A stretch of 63,081 nt of DNA, filler included, from Reclinomonas americana ATCC 50394 (lineage: Eukaryota): assembly GCA_048213135.1 (NCBI GenBank). It is 29 parts of 29 records of this genome, joined end to end, with 100 filler letters (N's around TTAATTAATTAA, not from the genome) between each part and the next. Parts side by side here need not be neighbours in the genome. Positions count along the whole stretch, not along the records: positions 60,920 to 63,081 come from AFZH01025014.1; 28 more parts are not named here. The stretch is one strand, 5' to 3'. This document shows positions 60,820 through 63,081 of the stretch, piece by piece (position 1 is the first letter of the stretch; each line of letters begins with the position of its first letter). The notes under the pieces were generated by a model. That model saw only the letters and a program-made list of their open reading frames with translations, did not search any database and was not told where the DNA came from. The position numbers were made by a program, and so were the translations under genes.

Positions 60820-61310
60820 NNNNNNNNNNNNNNNNNNNNNNNNNNNNNNNNNNNNNNNNNNNNTTAATTAATTAANNNNNNNNNNNNNNNNNNNNNNNNN
60901 NNNNNNNNNNNNNNNNNNNGAGAGAGAGAGAGAACCACTCTCTCGCAGGCTTCCTGTTCGTCTCTTGTCACACCAAAGTATTGTCTGCAGTCCGACGCCA
61001 TCCAGGTCATCTCTCACCCATTTCCACGTCGCCATTTTCACACACCCTATCTCTTGCCGAGAGAGAGAGAACCACTCTCCCGCAGGCTTCCTGTTCGTCT
61101 CTTCCTCTTTTGTCGTCTCTCATTCCCACTCCCCTCCCTGCGTCACCATCCTCACCCCTTTCCCTTCCCACTCCTCCCCTCCTTTCCCCTCTCCCTTCCC
61201 CTCCCCCGGTTAACATGGACATGCGCCTGTAATATTGCTCAACGCTCCTCACATGTGTGTCTCGAGAAAGAAAAATACAAACAATAAACAATCAAACGCC
61301 TCGCGATAGC

Positions 61311-62870
61311 TTAGCAAGTGGTGGTGATTGTAAAGGACGGCGACGGCGTCGTAATGGCCGCACGCGTAGTCAAGTTGGTGAACGCCTTGATAATGTAGGT
61401 GCCGGAGGGCAGGCTGATCGAGCCCAGCTGGGCGGAGCCGCTGCCCGACACCGCCACAGTGGTGGTGCCGGCGACCTTGCTGGTGTCGCCCACGGCGGCC
61501 ACCACCATCAGGTATGCACCAGACGGCATGTTGGTGAAGTTGGCGGAGATGACGCCCGTGCGCGAGCGGAAGCAGGTGCCGCCAGCAGTGAGCGTCGGTG
61601 GCGCAATCTCACAGAAGGCACCGGTGAAGCCGTTGACGCACTGTTTTGTGTGCGTGTGTGTCAGCAACGGAAGATAATGGTAAGATAATAATGAGGCGCA
61701 ACTGTGCATGTGCCAGTGGTGGTGCACGAGCCGCCGTTCTTGCACGTGGTGCTGGTGCACTGAACGTCGCAGGTCGGGCCAAAGAAGCCAGCGGCACAGG
61801 TCGTGCACGTGGTGCCAGTGTAACCCTGCGGCGGCAAGCAGTGAGACTCGTTGTGTGGCACAGAGTGTGTGATCAAGAGACGAGATCAAACCGTTGCGCA
61901 GGCGGAGCAGGTGGTGCCAGAGAAGTTGACTTTGCACGAGCAGAAGCCGTCAGTGTTGCACAGCAGAGTGTTGGCCGACACGCAAGTGCACGCCGTGCTG
62001 CGCATGAAAAAGTTGTGGTGAGAAATAAGTTGCGCAACAACGCCAACAGTGCACGACAATCACACTCACCATGCGCCATTCGAGCAGAACTGGCCACTCG
62101 GGCACGTGACATTGGTGCACGAGGGCGCCGTAGTGCCCGCCACCGACACCGACATGGTGTAGCGCTGAATCACAGCCGTGGTGGTCGATGCCGAGTACAC
62201 ACGGATAAAGTAGACTCCACCCGTCGACACCGGCAGCGTGAAGTTGGTAATGGCCTCGGCAGTGCCGGCGGCGGTGGCGTTGACGGTGGTGATCACCGTG
62301 GTGCCGTTGCTGGAGATGAGCTGGAAGGCCAGGTTCTGCTGGTTCTGCGGGTTGTACGAGGTGCCAGCCGAGCACGAGCCAGTGGCGTCGTTGTTCTGCG
62401 GGCCGCTCAGGTAGGCCGCCACGCTGGGGGGTGCGACGCTGACCGAAATCGACGAGGCGGTGGTGGTGACCTGTGGGAGGAGAAGGTGAGGGAGAGGCGG
62501 GAGAGGCAAAATTGGGTAAAGAAAGGCACAAACCTTGAAGAAATCAATGTCGGCGGGGGCGTCAATGCTGCGTGGAGATGGGGGAAAGACAGTGATGAGT
62601 GCGAAAGAATAGCAAATATTAAGAGAAAGAAAGAAAGAGAGCGATACCTGGCATTGATGACGGTGGCGGCGGCGCCAGCAGTCAGAGTGCCGAGGTCCTT
62701 GGCCTTGTCAAAGGTGTCATTGTCCTCTGCGCACAATGCGTGGTGAGTGGACGGTGCGGGCAGGAGGGCATGAAGACTCTTGCTCACGCACCATAAATGT
62801 CACCGTACTTGATCTGAGTGGCGCTGACGTCGTCGAACTGTGGGCCGTCAAAGGCGGTGGTGACAAACGG
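61311..62870 (-). CDS. 3' part of a secreted matrixin(M10)-like metalloprotease with a PPC-like domain, EGF-like repeats and an Ig-like C-terminal domain; spliced
   Basis: Exons join to PFVTTAFDGPQFDDVSATQIKYGDIY|EDNDTFDKAKDLG..|SIDAPADIDFFK|...GVYFIRVY..QRYTMSV, then CAAGFFGPTC, CKNGGSC and CVNGFTGAFCE. TAA at 61311. Confidence 0.7.
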
Positions 62871-63011
62871 CTGCGTTGTGAGAGAGGGAAGAGTGAGCGC
62901 AATGGATGGGAGAGGGAGGGATAAAGGGGAGAGAAAGGAGAAGGATGAAGGGGAACAGAGAGGGAAGGGAGGGGAAGGGAAGGGAGAGAGGGACGAAGGG
63001 GGAGTGGGAGT

Positions 63012-63067
<56 letters not shown>

Positions 63068-63081
63068 TGCGCGCGACACAC

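Overview
This window is not one locus. It is 29 short, mostly length-sorted contigs (about 1.1-2.25 kb each) joined by artificial 100-nt spacers (N44-TTAATTAATTAA-N44), so adjacency across spacers has no biological meaning. Three sources are mixed. (i) A GC-rich, very intron-dense eukaryote, probably a ciliated/flagellated protist and probably diploid: PheRS-alpha, REV1, acetyl-CoA synthetase, (6-4) photolyase/cryptochrome, histone H1, PHO80-like cyclin, a CC2D2A/CEP76-like protein, two copies of DHX34, kinesin, WD40, several secreted proteins and a decayed REL-type retrotransposon. (ii) A high-GC actinobacterium, Microbacterium-like: ABC transporter, rpsO, MFS, BCCT, amidohydrolase. (iii) An alphaproteobacterial contig with an IS5-family element carrying a passenger gene, inserted into an IS3 remnant. 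The strongest unexpected signal is a recurrent register-shifted 5' splice site, /GTTGCG(T), in the eukaryote. It makes up a large minority of the introns I could reconstruct and is used mostly when the last exon base is not G. Next are several secreted genes built from bacterial-type modules, two of which have acquired spliceosomal introns (HGT candidates). All family assignments come from motif recognition; no searches were run.
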